A DNA stretch of 61,124 bases from Bacillota bacterium (GTDB lineage Bacteria; Bacillota; Sulfobacillia; JAJYWN01; JAJZPE01), in the NCBI GenBank assembly GCA_036504675.1, contig DASXUT010000144.1, positions 1 through 61,124 on the forward strand, in the 5' to 3' direction. The first letter of the stretch is position 1; every line of letters starts with the position of its first letter. The notes beneath the pieces were generated by a model. The model was not told the origin of the DNA. It saw only the letters and a program-made list of their open reading frames with translations, and did no database searches. The position numbers and the translations under genes were made by a program. Positions 18,425-28,159 of the stretch are shown here, piece by piece.

Positions 18425-19870
18425 CTATCCGCGGGCCAATGAGCCGCGGAGGGCGGCGACGATCTCCTCCATCTTCATCCCGCGCGATCCCTTGACCAGC
18501 ACGGTGTCCCCGGGACGAAGGACGGCCATGGCCGCCGCGGCCGCCGCCCGGTTGTCCCCGCAGGTGGTAACCCTGGCCGGGTCGAGGCCCGCCGTCACCG
18601 CCGCCCGGCCGATGATCGCCCCGAGGTCCCCGACCGTGACGAGGTGGTCGACGCCGGCCTCGCGGGCCGCCAGACCCACCTCTTCATGCCCGGCTTCAGC
18701 CGCCGAACCGAGCTCGAGCATCGTCCCAAGGACGGCCAGCGAACGGCCGCCGACGGAGAGCTCCCTGAGGATCTCCAGGGCCGCCCGAGTCGAGGCCGGT
18801 CCAGCGTTGTAAGTGTCATCGATAATCGTCACGCCGCCCTCGTGATGGACCTCCAGACGCATGGCCGTGCGCCGCGGCTCCGCCAGACCGGCGGCGATCT
18901 CCGGCATGGTCATCCCGAGGGACCGGCCGACGGCGATCGCCGCCAGGGCATTGCCCACGGTGTGAAGACCGGGAATCGGTACGGTGACCTCGTGAACGCG
19001 CCCTGGGTCATCGCCCGCCAGGGCAACGGTCACCCTGACCCCCTCTTCCCCACGGGTCTGGAAATCGACCGCCCGCACCTGGCAGTCCGTCCCTCGGCCG
19101 TAGTAGACGACCGGGGCCGCCGAGCGGTGGGCGACCTCCCGGCAGCGCGGGTCATCGCCGTTGAGGACGGCCAGTCCGTCCGGGGGGAGGGCCTCAATCA
19201 GTTCGGCCTTAGCCCGGGCAATGTTCTCGACCGAGCCGAGGAGTTCCAGGTGGGTCAGTCCGATGTTGGTGACGAGGCCGACCGAGGGCTTGGCAATCCC
19301 AGACAGATAAGCGATCTCGCCGATCCCTCGCATGGCCAACTCGAAGACGGCCGCCTGATGATGGCGCTCCAATTCAAGAACGGTCAAAGGGAGGCCGACC
19401 TCGGTGTTCAGGTTCCCCTCCGTGGCCAGGGTGTCGAAGCGCCGCTCGAGAACCCCCGCGACAAGGTCCTTGGTGGTGGTCTTACCGACGCTCCCGGTCA
19501 CGCCGACAACCGGGAGTCTGAACCGTTGACGGTAGGCGGCCGCCAACTTGCCAAGGGCGGCCACGGCCTCCTCGACGACGATGACCGCCGCTCCCGGCGG
19601 ACCCTCGACCGGCCGTTGAACCAGAGCCCCGGTCGCCCCCCTGGCGACGGCCTCGGCGACATAGGCGTGACCATCCACCCGCTCGCCGGGGATGGCCACG
19701 AAGAGGTCGCCACCCTTGACCTTCCGGCTGTCTGAAGCAGCCCCGGTGAAGACCGCGTCGGGCGGCCCGGCGACCAGGCGCCCGCCGCACGCGGCGGCCG
19801 CCTCGGCGGCCGTGAAGCGTACCTCCCGGGCCTGGCCCTCGACCATCGGGCCCTCCCCGCCTCCGCTCAT
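18425..19870 (-). CDS. murF: UDP-MurNAc-tripeptide--D-Ala-D-Ala ligase
   Basis: DSRKVKGGDLFVA and VGVTGSVGKTTTKD. The start overlaps the murE stop. Confidence 0.9.
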   Translation of the reverse strand: MSGGGEGPMVEGQAREVRFTAAEAAAACGGRLVAGPPDAVFTGAASDSRKVKGGDLFVAIPGERVDGHAYVAEAVARGATGALVQRPVEGPPGAAVIVVEEAVAALGKLAAAYRQRFRLPVVGVTGSVGKTTTKDLVAGVLERRFDTLATEGNLNTEVGLPLTVLELERHHQAAVFELAMRGIGEIAYLSGIAKPSVGLVTNIGLTHLELLGSVENIARAKAELIEALPPDGLAVLNGDDPRCREVAHRSAAPVVYYGRGTDCQVRAVDFQTRGEEGVRVTVALAGDDPGRVHEVTVPIPGLHTVGNALAAIAVGRSLGMTMPEIAAGLAEPRRTAMRLEVHHEGGVTIIDDTYNAGPASTRAALEILRELSVGGRSLAVLGTMLELGSAAEAGHEEVGLAAREAGVDHLVTVGDLGAIIGRAAVTAGLDPARVTTCGDNRAAAAAAMAVLRPGDTVLVKGSRGMKMEEIVAALRGSLARG

Positions 19871-21393
19871 TTCGTCCTTTCCCCCAGGGCCTGCCTGGCC
19901 ACTTCCCGATCGTCAAAGTGGATGGTCCGGTCGCGAAAGATCTGGTAGGTCTCGTGGCCCTTGCCGGCGATGACGACGACGTCGTCCTTCCCGGCCCGGG
20001 CGACGGCCTGGCGGATGGCTTCCTCGCGGTCGGCCGTGGTCGTGTAACCCCACCGCGGCGGCCGGGTCTCGAGGCCGGCCTCGACCTCGTGGATGATCGA
20101 CATGGGGTCCTCACTCCGGGGGTTGTCGCTGGTGATGATGGCACAATCGGCATAGCGTCCGGCGATGTCGCCCATGATCGGCCGCTTCTTCCGGTCGCGG
20201 TCGCCGCCGCACCCGAAGACCAGGATGACCCGGCCCCGGGCCAAGTCGCGGGCCGTTTGAAGCAGGTTCTCCAGACCGTCCGGGGTGTGGGCGTAGTCGA
20301 CGATGACCGCGAAGTCCTGGCCGGCGTCGACCCGCTCGAAGCGACCGGGGACGACGTCCGCACGGGACAGGACCTCGATCATCTCCTCCGGGGCGAGGCC
20401 GTCGGCCAAGCCGACGCCCATCGCCGCCAGCGCGTTGTAGGCGTTGAACCTCCCGGTCAGCTGCAGCTTCAGGGGTAGGCGGCGGCCGCCCGCCTCGATC
20501 ACCAAGCTGACCCCGGAGGCCTCGACGATGACGTCGTGCCCTCGGAGGTCGGCCGGCTTGGTCAGGGAGTAGGTGATCACCGGGACCCTGCAGGCCCGGA
20601 CGAAGAAATCGTGGTTGGGGTCATCGGCATTGATCACGGCCGCCTTGGGCCCCGCCTTCGGTCTCCCGACGTAGGTCTCCCCGAGCATCGCGAAGAGCTT
20701 GGCCTTGGCCTTCATATACTGCTCGAAGGTGTGATGGAAGTCCAGGTGGTCCTGGGTGACGTTGGTCAGGACGGCCACATCGAACTCACAGGCGGCCACC
20801 CGGTGCAGCTCGAGGGCGTGCGAAGAGACCTCCATGGCCGCCCCGTACGAGCCAACGTCGACCATCTGCCGGAATAGGAGTTCGAGGTCCGAGGATTCGG
20901 GGGTGGTCCGTTCGACCGGGCGGGGCAGGTCGTCGACGATGTTGTGGATTGTCCCGATCAGACCCACCTTGCGCCCCCTGGCTGAGAGCAGTGAGCGAAC
21001 AAGGTGAGTGGTGGTCGTCTTGCCGTTGGTCCCGGTCACCCCGATGACCTTCAGGTCCTTCGACGGATGGCCGTAGAATTCGGCTGAGCCCAGGGCCAGG
21101 GTTCGCCGCGAACTCTCGACCCCGACCACGGTGACCCCGGCCGGGATGGCCGGGACCATCACCGCCGGCTTCTCGATGAAGACCGCCCGAGCCCCCTTGG
21201 ACAGGGCCTGAGGGATGAAGTCGTGGCCGTCGCGGACGAAGCCCTGGATGGCGAAGAAGGCGCCGCCCGGCTCGAGCCGCCTGGAGTCGTAGGCCAGTCC
21301 GGTGAGGTCGATGTCGACCGGTCCGGTCACCTTGGCCGGGCCAATGGCCTGCAGCATCCGGCTCAACTGCACATGGATTCCCCCTGCGGGCAA
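19867..21393 (-). CDS. murE: UDP-MurNAc-L-Ala-D-Glu--2,6-diaminopimelate ligase
   Basis: DSRRLEPGGAFFAI, IGVTGTNGKTTTTH and the DNPR motif (TSDNPRSEDP). Confidence 0.92.
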   Translation of the reverse strand: MPAGGIHVQLSRMLQAIGPAKVTGPVDIDLTGLAYDSRRLEPGGAFFAIQGFVRDGHDFIPQALSKGARAVFIEKPAVMVPAIPAGVTVVGVESSRRTLALGSAEFYGHPSKDLKVIGVTGTNGKTTTTHLVRSLLSARGRKVGLIGTIHNIVDDLPRPVERTTPESSDLELLFRQMVDVGSYGAAMEVSSHALELHRVAACEFDVAVLTNVTQDHLDFHHTFEQYMKAKAKLFAMLGETYVGRPKAGPKAAVINADDPNHDFFVRACRVPVITYSLTKPADLRGHDVIVEASGVSLVIEAGGRRLPLKLQLTGRFNAYNALAAMGVGLADGLAPEEMIEVLSRADVVPGRFERVDAGQDFAVIVDYAHTPDGLENLLQTARDLARGRVILVFGCGGDRDRKKRPIMGDIAGRYADCAIITSDNPRSEDPMSIIHEVEAGLETRPPRWGYTTTADREEAIRQAVARAGKDDVVVIAGKGHETYQIFRDRTIHFDDREVARQALGERTK

Positions 21394-21484
21394 TGCCCTA
21401 TCCCCTAGTGTATACGTAATGTACCGGTTTTATCAAGGAGTCGGCCATTGGAACAGCCATTGGAGCCGCCCGCGGTTGACCGGC

Positions 21485-23626
21485 TTACGGCGGCGGCGGC
21501 TCGAAGCGGGCATTGACAATCGACCCGCGCGGGACCTTCACTCCAGGCCTGGGGTCCTGGGCCTTGGCCAGACCGGTCCCGGTCGGGTTGATCTTCAAGC
21601 CGAAGGACCCGAGAATCTCACCCGCCTCGCGAATGGTCTTCCCTATTACCGACGGCACCAAGACCTCGCTGGTTCCCGTCTGGCCGGAGTCCGTCCCTGA
21701 TCCTCCCCCGGTGCTGCCGACCCTCAGGATGATCGTGGTCCCGGCCGGGACCTGAACGCCGCCCGGCGGGGTCTGCTCGTAGACGCGGTCCCCATCCCCC
21801 TCGACCCGCCACTCCAGGCCTCTCTGGTGGAGATCGTTCTTGGCCTTGGCCAACTCGCTCCCGACCACATCGGGCACGCCGACGGAGGTCTTCGTGTCCG
21901 CCGGGGCCTTGGCCGGGTCGTAGCTGATCGGAATCTCGAGGTAGCGGTACGCGTCGCGCATGATCGCCTGGAAGACCGGGCCGGCGACCTGGCCGCCGAA
22001 GTACAGACCGGTCGACGGTTCATCGACCACCACCAGGACCAGAAGGCGAGGGGTATCGGCCGGGCCGTAGCCGATGAACGAAGCGATGTAGGAGTCTGAG
22101 GAGACCCGGCCGCCGACCGACTTTTGCGAGGTGCCGGTCTTACCGGCCAGGTGATAGCCTTCGATGAAGGCGGTCTTGCCGGTGCCCTCTTCAATCACCC
22201 GCTCCATCGCCTGGCGCAGCTCGCGGGAGGACACCTCGGTCATCACCCGGCGGACCTCGGTCTTGCCAATGGTGGCCACGGTCTTCCCCTGCGGGTCGCG
22301 AATCTCCTTCACCACGTGCGGCTTGACCAGGGTCCCCCCGTTGGCGATGACGCTCATCGCCGTGGCCATCTGGATCGGAGTGACCGTCAGGGTCTGGCCG
22401 AAGGACATCACCGCGGTGTCCACGGGCTTGGCGTCCTTCTGGGCCGGCATGATGGCCTTGGCCTCACCCGGCAGGTCGATCCCGGTCAGGTCCATGAACC
22501 CGAAGGCCTGAAGGTACTTGTAAAACTTGTCGGTCCCCAGCCGGTTCAGGCCGACCTGGACAAAGCCGACGTTGCACGAGTTCTTGATGACATCGGAGAA
22601 GGTCTCCGCTCCGTGACCGCTGGCCTTCCAGCAGTTGATGGTCGCGCCCGGGACCTTGACGAACCCAGGACAGTAGAAGGAATCCGTCATTCGCACGACG
22701 CCCTCTTCGAGGGCGGCCGCGGCGGTGACCGGCTTGAAGACGGAGCCGGGGTAGTATGTGTCCGAGACGGGGATGATCCGTCGGTTGGCGGCCGGGTAGT
22801 CCTGCCAGTGGTTGGGGTCGTAGTCGGGCCGCTGAGCCAGGGCGAGGACCTCACCGTTGTTGGGGTCCATCACGATGACCGTCCCTGAAGCCGCTTGGTG
22901 CTCGAGCATCGCCTTCTCCAGGTCCCGCTCGGCGATGAACTGCAAGGTCTCGTCGATGGTCAGGACAAGGGTGTCCCCGTCGACGGGTTGGAAGTAGCGG
23001 TAGTTGGCATCGGGGATCTGCCGGCCGCGGGCGTCGTACTCGCCGACCAACCGCCCCGGCTCGCCCTTGAGGTACTTGTCATACTGGTACTCGAGCCCGC
23101 CAAGGCCCTGGCTGTCGATGCCCGAGATGCCGATGACCGACGAGGCCAGATTGCCCTTGGGGTAGAACCGTTTCGACTCCTGGGTCAGGGCGATCCCCTC
23201 GAGCTTGCCCTCTTTCTTGAGGGCCTTGATCTTGTTCGAGGTCTCATCGTCGACCTTCCGCTTCACCCAGACGAAGAAGGTCCTCTTCTTCAGCTCAGTC
23301 AAAAGGCCGTTCTCTTCCAGCCCGAGGATCCCCGCGAGGAGCTTGGCCGACTCCTCGGGGGCCTTGACCTGGATGGGGACGGCGTAGACCGAATCGACGT
23401 TGACGCTGATCGCCAGTTCTTTGAGGTTCCGGTCGAGGATGGCCCCACGGCGGGCCTCGATCGGCGTGTCCCGAGTGCGGGCCTCGTCGCCCTTGGACCG
23501 CAGCTCCTCCCCGCGGACCAATTGCAGCCAGCCCAGACGCCCGACCAGCAGACCCAGACAAGCCAGGGAAAAAAGAAAAAGAAAGGCTACTCTCTTCCTC
23601 ATGCTGAAGCCGGGTACGGAACCCAA
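21485..23626 (-). CDS. spoVD: Class B penicillin-binding protein (SpoVD/PBP2B/FtsI-like) with two C-terminal PASTA domains
   Basis: Dimerisation and transpeptidase blocks (PGSVFKP, SCN, KTGT), then two PASTA-like repeats. The start may be the ATG at 23602 (MRKRVAFLFL). Confidence 0.88.
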   Translation of the reverse strand: MGSVPGFSMRKRVAFLFLFSLACLGLLVGRLGWLQLVRGEELRSKGDEARTRDTPIEARRGAILDRNLKELAISVNVDSVYAVPIQVKAPEESAKLLAGILGLEENGLLTELKKRTFFVWVKRKVDDETSNKIKALKKEGKLEGIALTQESKRFYPKGNLASSVIGISGIDSQGLGGLEYQYDKYLKGEPGRLVGEYDARGRQIPDANYRYFQPVDGDTLVLTIDETLQFIAERDLEKAMLEHQAASGTVIVMDPNNGEVLALAQRPDYDPNHWQDYPAANRRIIPVSDTYYPGSVFKPVTAAAALEEGVVRMTDSFYCPGFVKVPGATINCWKASGHGAETFSDVIKNSCNVGFVQVGLNRLGTDKFYKYLQAFGFMDLTGIDLPGEAKAIMPAQKDAKPVDTAVMSFGQTLTVTPIQMATAMSVIANGGTLVKPHVVKEIRDPQGKTVATIGKTEVRRVMTEVSSRELRQAMERVIEEGTGKTAFIEGYHLAGKTGTSQKSVGGRVSSDSYIASFIGYGPADTPRLLVLVVVDEPSTGLYFGGQVAGPVFQAIMRDAYRYLEIPISYDPAKAPADTKTSVGVPDVVGSELAKAKNDLHQRGLEWRVEGDGDRVYEQTPPGGVQVPAGTTIILRVGSTGGGSGTDSGQTGTSEVLVPSVIGKTIREAGEILGSFGLKINPTGTGLAKAQDPRPGVKVPRGSIVNARFEPPPP

Positions 23627-23756
23627 GGAGCCTTCCTCCTCTTGGGCGGACAGTTCAGTTTATCGAGCTCCCAGCGATGCAAGAGAAGCGAGCTCGCGGA
23701 CCAAAACGTCACCCCTTATCCTTGGCCCAGCCGTCCCGCGGGTCGGAACCGGCGCA

Positions 23757-24341
23757 TCAGTCCCAACTGCCCGCGTTGGCCTGGCGAACGGTGGTCAGCC
23801 AGCGCAGGATGCGGTGGAAGGTGTCGGCGATGACCTTAGCCGCCGGCTGGGCGGAGGCCTGGGCCACGACCAGGCCGGCCGTTTCCTGGGCCGGGCCCTC
23901 ATCCATGGGGGCCTTGGCCGCTTGACTCCCGCCCGCCAGGTCGGTCCGGAAGCCATAGGCGTTGGCGTCGGCGGCCACGGTTACGGAGGCGAATCGGAAG
24001 GTGTCCGGTTCTTTCATCCTAAGCTTGGAGGTGGCCACGGCGCGGATCCGCTCCAGGCTTTGGGCCTGGGCCAGTTGCAGTTCGAGGGACTCCCTATCCC
24101 GCTGGAGCTGGGCCAGTTGACTCTGGAGTTGATCGATTTGATACCCTTCCCTGACCGTGCCAAGGGCCCGGGCGGCGATGCCGAAGGCGACCACAAAGCA
24201 AAGCACAAGGCACAGGAGGTAGAGCGCCGGCAGACTGAAAGCTAGTTTTCGGCCTGCTACCCGCTCTCTCCTGTTCCCGGTGACCAGCCTCCGGCGGGAA
24301 AAGTCTCTTTGTCCCCGTGCTAGTTCCTCTGCTGCAATCAA
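23757..24341 (-). CDS. ftsL: Cell division protein FtsL-like
   Basis: A single TM helix followed by a leucine-zipper-like coiled coil (LQSQLAQLQRDRESLELQLAQ). It sits between rsmH and the PBP gene. Confidence 0.7.
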   Translation of the reverse strand: MIAAEELARGQRDFSRRRLVTGNRRERVAGRKLAFSLPALYLLCLVLCFVVAFGIAARALGTVREGYQIDQLQSQLAQLQRDRESLELQLAQAQSLERIRAVATSKLRMKEPDTFRFASVTVAADANAYGFRTDLAGGSQAAKAPMDEGPAQETAGLVVAQASAQPAAKVIADTFHRILRWLTTVRQANAGSWD

Positions 24342-24364
24342 GGAATATTCGCCTCCCGAGGCCG

Positions 24365-25405
24365 TTAGAACGCGGCCCGAACAGCCCGAAGCTTGGCGCT
24401 CCTGGCCCTGGGGTTGCCGGCGACCTCCGGGTCGCTCGGCTCCACCGGTTTCTTAGTCAGTATCTCGAAGCGGCCATCCATTGCCGCCGCCTTGAACGTC
24501 CTCTTCACCAAGCGATCCTCGAGGGAGTGGAAGGAGATGGCGACCACCCGACCACCTTCCCGGACGGCCACGAGAGCCGCCCCCAAACCCGTTTCGATGG
24601 CCCCGAGTTCACCATTGACGGCAATCCGCAGGGCCTGGAAAGTCCGCTTGGCTGGGTGCGGCCCTCGCCGCCTGGCCCCGGCCGGGATGGCCGCCTTGAT
24701 CACCTCGACCAAGTCTCCGGTGGTCTCTAGGGGCCGCCGGGCGCGGGCCTCGCCGATGAACTCGGCGATCCTCCGCGCCCAGCGCTCTTCACCGTATTCG
24801 TAAAGGATGCGGGTCAGGTCGGCCGGACTCCAGTGGTTGACCACGTCGGCCGCGGTCAAGTCCCGGCTCACATCCATCCTCATGTCAAGGGGGGCGTCTT
24901 GCATGTAGCTGAAGCCCCTTGAGGCCTGATCGAACTGTCTTGATGACGCCCCCAGGTCAAATAAGACGCCGTCCACGGAAGGGATTGCCCGAGACGCAAG
25001 GACCTCGGATAACTCGGCGAAGTTGGCGTGAACCAAAGTCGCCGACGAGCCGGCCGGGCTCCCTAACTCCATTTCGTCCCTGGTGACCGGGTCAGGACTT
25101 GGGAGCCATCCCTGGCTCACTAGTCTCTCGGCGGCTATCGCTAGTGCCCCGGCATCCTGGTCGATGCCGATGAGCTTTCCGCCAGGCCCGATCCTGGCCA
25201 AGATCTCGGAAGTGTGTCCTCCCTCGCCCAGGGTGCAATCAACATAGATGCCCCCGGGACGGCAGTCGAGAAACTCGATGGCCTCCTTCAACAAGACCGG
25301 CTGGTGGTAGCCTCCCTGGTCGACCGTCACCGGCTCCCCCTCGGGGCCTTCCCCACCGCTCTCATCAAATCCCGATGTCCACGATTTTCTCGGCGATTTC
25401 TTCAT
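24365..25405 (-). CDS. rsmH: 16S rRNA (cytosine1402-N4)-methyltransferase RsmH (MraW)
   Basis: HQPVLLKEAIEFL, YVDCTLGEGGHT and SFHSLEDR. The ATG at 25405 overlaps the mraZ 3' end by 41 nt; the GTG at 25330 is the alternative start. Confidence 0.88.
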   Translation of the reverse strand: MKKSPRKSWTSGFDESGGEGPEGEPVTVDQGGYHQPVLLKEAIEFLDCRPGGIYVDCTLGEGGHTSEILARIGPGGKLIGIDQDAGALAIAAERLVSQGWLPSPDPVTRDEMELGSPAGSSATLVHANFAELSEVLASRAIPSVDGVLFDLGASSRQFDQASRGFSYMQDAPLDMRMDVSRDLTAADVVNHWSPADLTRILYEYGEERWARRIAEFIGEARARRPLETTGDLVEVIKAAIPAGARRRGPHPAKRTFQALRIAVNGELGAIETGLGAALVAVREGGRVVAISFHSLEDRLVKRTFKAAAMDGRFEILTKKPVEPSDPEVAGNPRARSAKLRAVRAAF

Positions 25406-25796
25406 ATGATTCTCCCGCCTTACGGCGGAAGCTCTCCCACTCGGCCTTGGCCCAGACCTCGACGCGGGTGGCCACTCCGACGATGACCACGTCCCGCTCG
25501 ATCTTGGCATGCTCCTTGAGGTTGGCCGGGATGATGACCCGCCCTTGCTTGTCAGGCTCAGCGTCGGCGGCTCCGGAGAAGAACATCCGGGAAAAGGCCC
25601 GAGCGTCGGCCCGTGTGAAGGGCAGGCCCTTCAGCTTTTCCTCTAACTTCGCCCACTCGTCATCCGGGTATACGAAAAGACAGCTGTCCAGGCCGCGGGT
25701 GATGGTAAAGTGATCACCCAGCCGCTCCCGGAACTTGGAGGGCATCGTCAGGCGATTCTTTTCGTCCAGCGAGTGCTCGAATTCGCCTTTGAACAT
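25365..25796 (-). CDS. mraZ: Transcriptional regulator MraZ
   Basis: MFKGEFEHSLDEKNRLTMPSKFR and a second DKQGRVIIP repeat (two SpoVT/AbrB-like halves). Confidence 0.93.
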   Translation of the reverse strand: MFKGEFEHSLDEKNRLTMPSKFRERLGDHFTITRGLDSCLFVYPDDEWAKLEEKLKGLPFTRADARAFSRMFFSGAADAEPDKQGRVIIPANLKEHAKIERDVVIVGVATRVEVWAKAEWESFRRKAGESYEEIAEKIVDIGI

Positions 25797-25997
25797 GACC
25801 CTCCACCTATCGGTCCGACCGGCCGTGGGCGGCCGGGGCCCTTAAAGAGAATCGCGGCGCCAGGGGCAAATGGGGGTTTTCAAGCAAGGGGTTTTGGCGT
25901 CGCGGTGCGAAACCTTCGGTGTCCGTGGTTGACCCGAGGGCCCAAACCTCAGATCCGGCGGGGGCGGGTCCGGTTCTGACCGGTCCCGGGGACCTTC

Positions 25998-26022
25998 CCC
26001 ACTTCTACCCACTTTCACCCAC
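25998..26022 (-). promoter_or_regulatory. Three direct GTGGG repeats at exact 10-nt phasing: candidate MraZ operator
   Basis: The plus strand has cccac at 25998, 26008 and 26018. The minus strand reads gtgggtgaaagtgggtagaagtggg. It lies about 200 nt upstream of mraZ, downstream of a weak TTGGAA-17-GAAAAT promoter-like element. Confidence 0.55.
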
Positions 26023-26135
26023 CAATGCCTATTTTTCTCCATGCCAGTCTCGACTCCTGCTGGCCGGGGAAGAAAATTTTCCATTTGCGTAGGGGCCGTT
26101 CCAATGCCGGTGCGGAAGGCCAGCCCCCTGTAGAT

Positions 26136-26170
26136 GTGAAAAGCCCGACTGTCAATTGACAGCCGGGCTT
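26136..26170 (-). terminator. Intrinsic terminator after the ABC permease genes
   Basis: A 13-bp stem agcccggctgtca / tgacagtcgggct (one G-U pair) followed by uuuu on the minus strand. Confidence 0.7.
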
Positions 26171-26261
26171 CTTGTCCTCGTCGGCTTTGACTGAGAAGCT
26201 TCTCCTCCACCGGCGGTGGTGCAAACGCACGTTCGTCAAGCCTTGGCCAAGCAGGGCTACT

Positions 26262-27137
26262 CTAGCGCAGGCGCGGGTCCGAGCGTTCGGCCAACCCGTC
26301 GGCCAGCAGGTTGAACCCGAGGATGGTCAGGGCGATCAGGAGCCCCGGGAAGATGGCCATCCAGGGAGCCTGGTAAAGGAAGTTCTGGGCCTCCTGCAGC
26401 ATCAACCCCCAGCTCGCGGCGGGCGGCTGGACGCCCAGGCCGAGGAAGGACAGGGCGGCCTCGGCCAGCACCGCCGTGGAGAAAGCGATACTGGCCTGGA
26501 CGAAGAGGGCCGGGGCGGCGTTGGGGAGCAGGTGGGTCCGGACGATCTGCCAGTCGCCGGCCCCGATCGACTTGGCCGCCTCGATGTAAAGCTGCTTCCT
26601 CAAGGTGATCACGAGACTCCGGGTGAGCCTGGCAAAGGCCGGGACCTCGGCGAGGCCGATGGCCACGGTCACCTGATGGAGGCCGGGACCCAGGGCGGCC
26701 ACCAAGGCCAGGGCCATGATCAAGGGAGGGAAGGCGTAAAGGCCGTCGATGAAGCGCATGAGGAATTCATCGAGTGGTCCGCCTCGGAAACCGCCGGCGG
26801 CCCCGAGGATGACCCCGAGGGCGGCGGCGATGGCCGCCACGCCCAGGCCCACCTGGACCGCCGAGCCGGCCCCCTTGAGGACCCGGCTGAGGGCGTCCCG
26901 CCCGAACTGATCGGTTCCGAAGGGGTGGTTCAAAGAGGGCGGGGCGGCCCGCTCGGAGAGATCCATCCGCTCCGGGTCGTGAGGGGTCCAGACCGCCCCG
27001 AGTCCCGCCAGGGCGAGGACGATCGAGACCAGGATCAGCCCGACGACGAGGTTCAGGCAACGACGCCGGCCAAGCTGGAACGGGGCGCCGGCGGGCCGCC
27101 CGGGGCGAGGTCGGTTGAGGTCGAAACGGCCGATCAT
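26262..27137 (-). CDS. ABC peptide/nickel-type transporter permease (DppC/OppC/NikC-like)
   Basis: Six-TM BPD permease with the EAA-loop region (IEAAKSIGAGDWQIVRTHLLPNA). Confidence 0.85.
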   Translation of the reverse strand: MIGRFDLNRPRPGRPAGAPFQLGRRRCLNLVVGLILVSIVLALAGLGAVWTPHDPERMDLSERAAPPSLNHPFGTDQFGRDALSRVLKGAGSAVQVGLGVAAIAAALGVILGAAGGFRGGPLDEFLMRFIDGLYAFPPLIMALALVAALGPGLHQVTVAIGLAEVPAFARLTRSLVITLRKQLYIEAAKSIGAGDWQIVRTHLLPNAAPALFVQASIAFSTAVLAEAALSFLGLGVQPPAASWGLMLQEAQNFLYQAPWMAIFPGLLIALTILGFNLLADGLAERSDPRLR

Positions 27138-28096
27138 CCCCCGTCCCCCTCCCCCACCCTGGTCCGTGGGTCGATGACCCCGTAACTGAGATCCACGGCC
27201 AGGTTGATAAGGGAGACGATAAGCACGAAGAAAACGACCAGCCCCTGGACGAGGGGCAGGTCGCGGTCGGCGACGCCGAGGAGCAGGAGGGTGCCCAGGC
27301 CCGGCAGGGCGAAGACCCGCTCGATCACGACGCTGCCGGCCAGGAGCGCTCCGACCTGCAGGCCGGCCGTGGTCAGGACGGGGATGACCGCGTTGCGGAG
27401 GCCGTGGCGAAAGAGGACGCCGGCCTCGGTCACGCCCTTGCCCCGGGCGGCCTGGACGTAGTTGGCCGAGAGGGCTTCACCCATCGCGGCCCGGGTCAAC
27501 CGGGTCAGCACGGCCGCCCGCCCGACGGCCAGGGTCAGGGCGGGCAGGACGAGATAACCCAGTCCGGCCAGGAAGCCCTCCCCCGAGCCGGCATAGCCAC
27601 CGGCCGGGAAGATGTGAAGGCCGAGGGAGAAAGCCATGATCGCCATGATTCCCAGCCAGAATCCGGGGACGGCCAGGCCGAGCTGCAAGAAGAAGGTGGC
27701 CGCCCAATCGACTCCTCGGCCGCGGCGGGCCGCGGCCAGGACGCCCAAGGGTACCCCGATGAGGGCGGCGACAAAGATGGCCATCGCCGCCAGGGTGGCC
27801 GTCAGGGGCAGGCGGCTGAGGATGAGGGTCAATACCGGCTCCTCGTAATGGACCGAGCGCCCGAGGTCGCCCCGGGACAGCCCGCTGAGCCAGCCGAGGA
27901 AGCGCACGCCTAAAGGCCGGTCGAGGCCCAGTTCGGCCCGGACGGCCTGGATCGACTCGGGCGACCCTTCGAGGCCGACGATGACCGCGGCCGGGTCCCC
28001 AGGCAGGATATTGAAGACGAAAAAACTGAGGGTCGAGGCGATGAGGACGGTCAGGACAAGTCCGGCGAGGCGCCTCATCAGGGCTTGGATGGTCAA
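27134..28096 (-). CDS. ABC peptide/nickel-type transporter permease (DppB/OppB/NikB-like)
   Basis: N-terminus typical of DppB (LLRRL-like, FVFNILPGDPA), plus YVQAARGKGVTEAGVLFRHGLRNA. Confidence 0.85.
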   Translation of the reverse strand: MTIQALMRRLAGLVLTVLIASTLSFFVFNILPGDPAAVIVGLEGSPESIQAVRAELGLDRPLGVRFLGWLSGLSRGDLGRSVHYEEPVLTLILSRLPLTATLAAMAIFVAALIGVPLGVLAAARRGRGVDWAATFFLQLGLAVPGFWLGIMAIMAFSLGLHIFPAGGYAGSGEGFLAGLGYLVLPALTLAVGRAAVLTRLTRAAMGEALSANYVQAARGKGVTEAGVLFRHGLRNAVIPVLTTAGLQVGALLAGSVVIERVFALPGLGTLLLLGVADRDLPLVQGLVVFFVLIVSLINLAVDLSYGVIDPRTRVGEGDGG

Positions 28097-28159
28097 TCGT
28101 TGGGCCTCCGGATGACCGGCCGGCCTTGACGGCCGGCCGGTTATATGGCGTCCGGACTG

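Noticed and set aside
25842-26239. Two overlapping minus-strand ORFs (122 and 74 aa) upstream of mraZ.
   Set aside because: The region holds the ABC-operon terminator, a promoter-like element and the GTGGG repeat array. The ORFs have no SD and no motifs.
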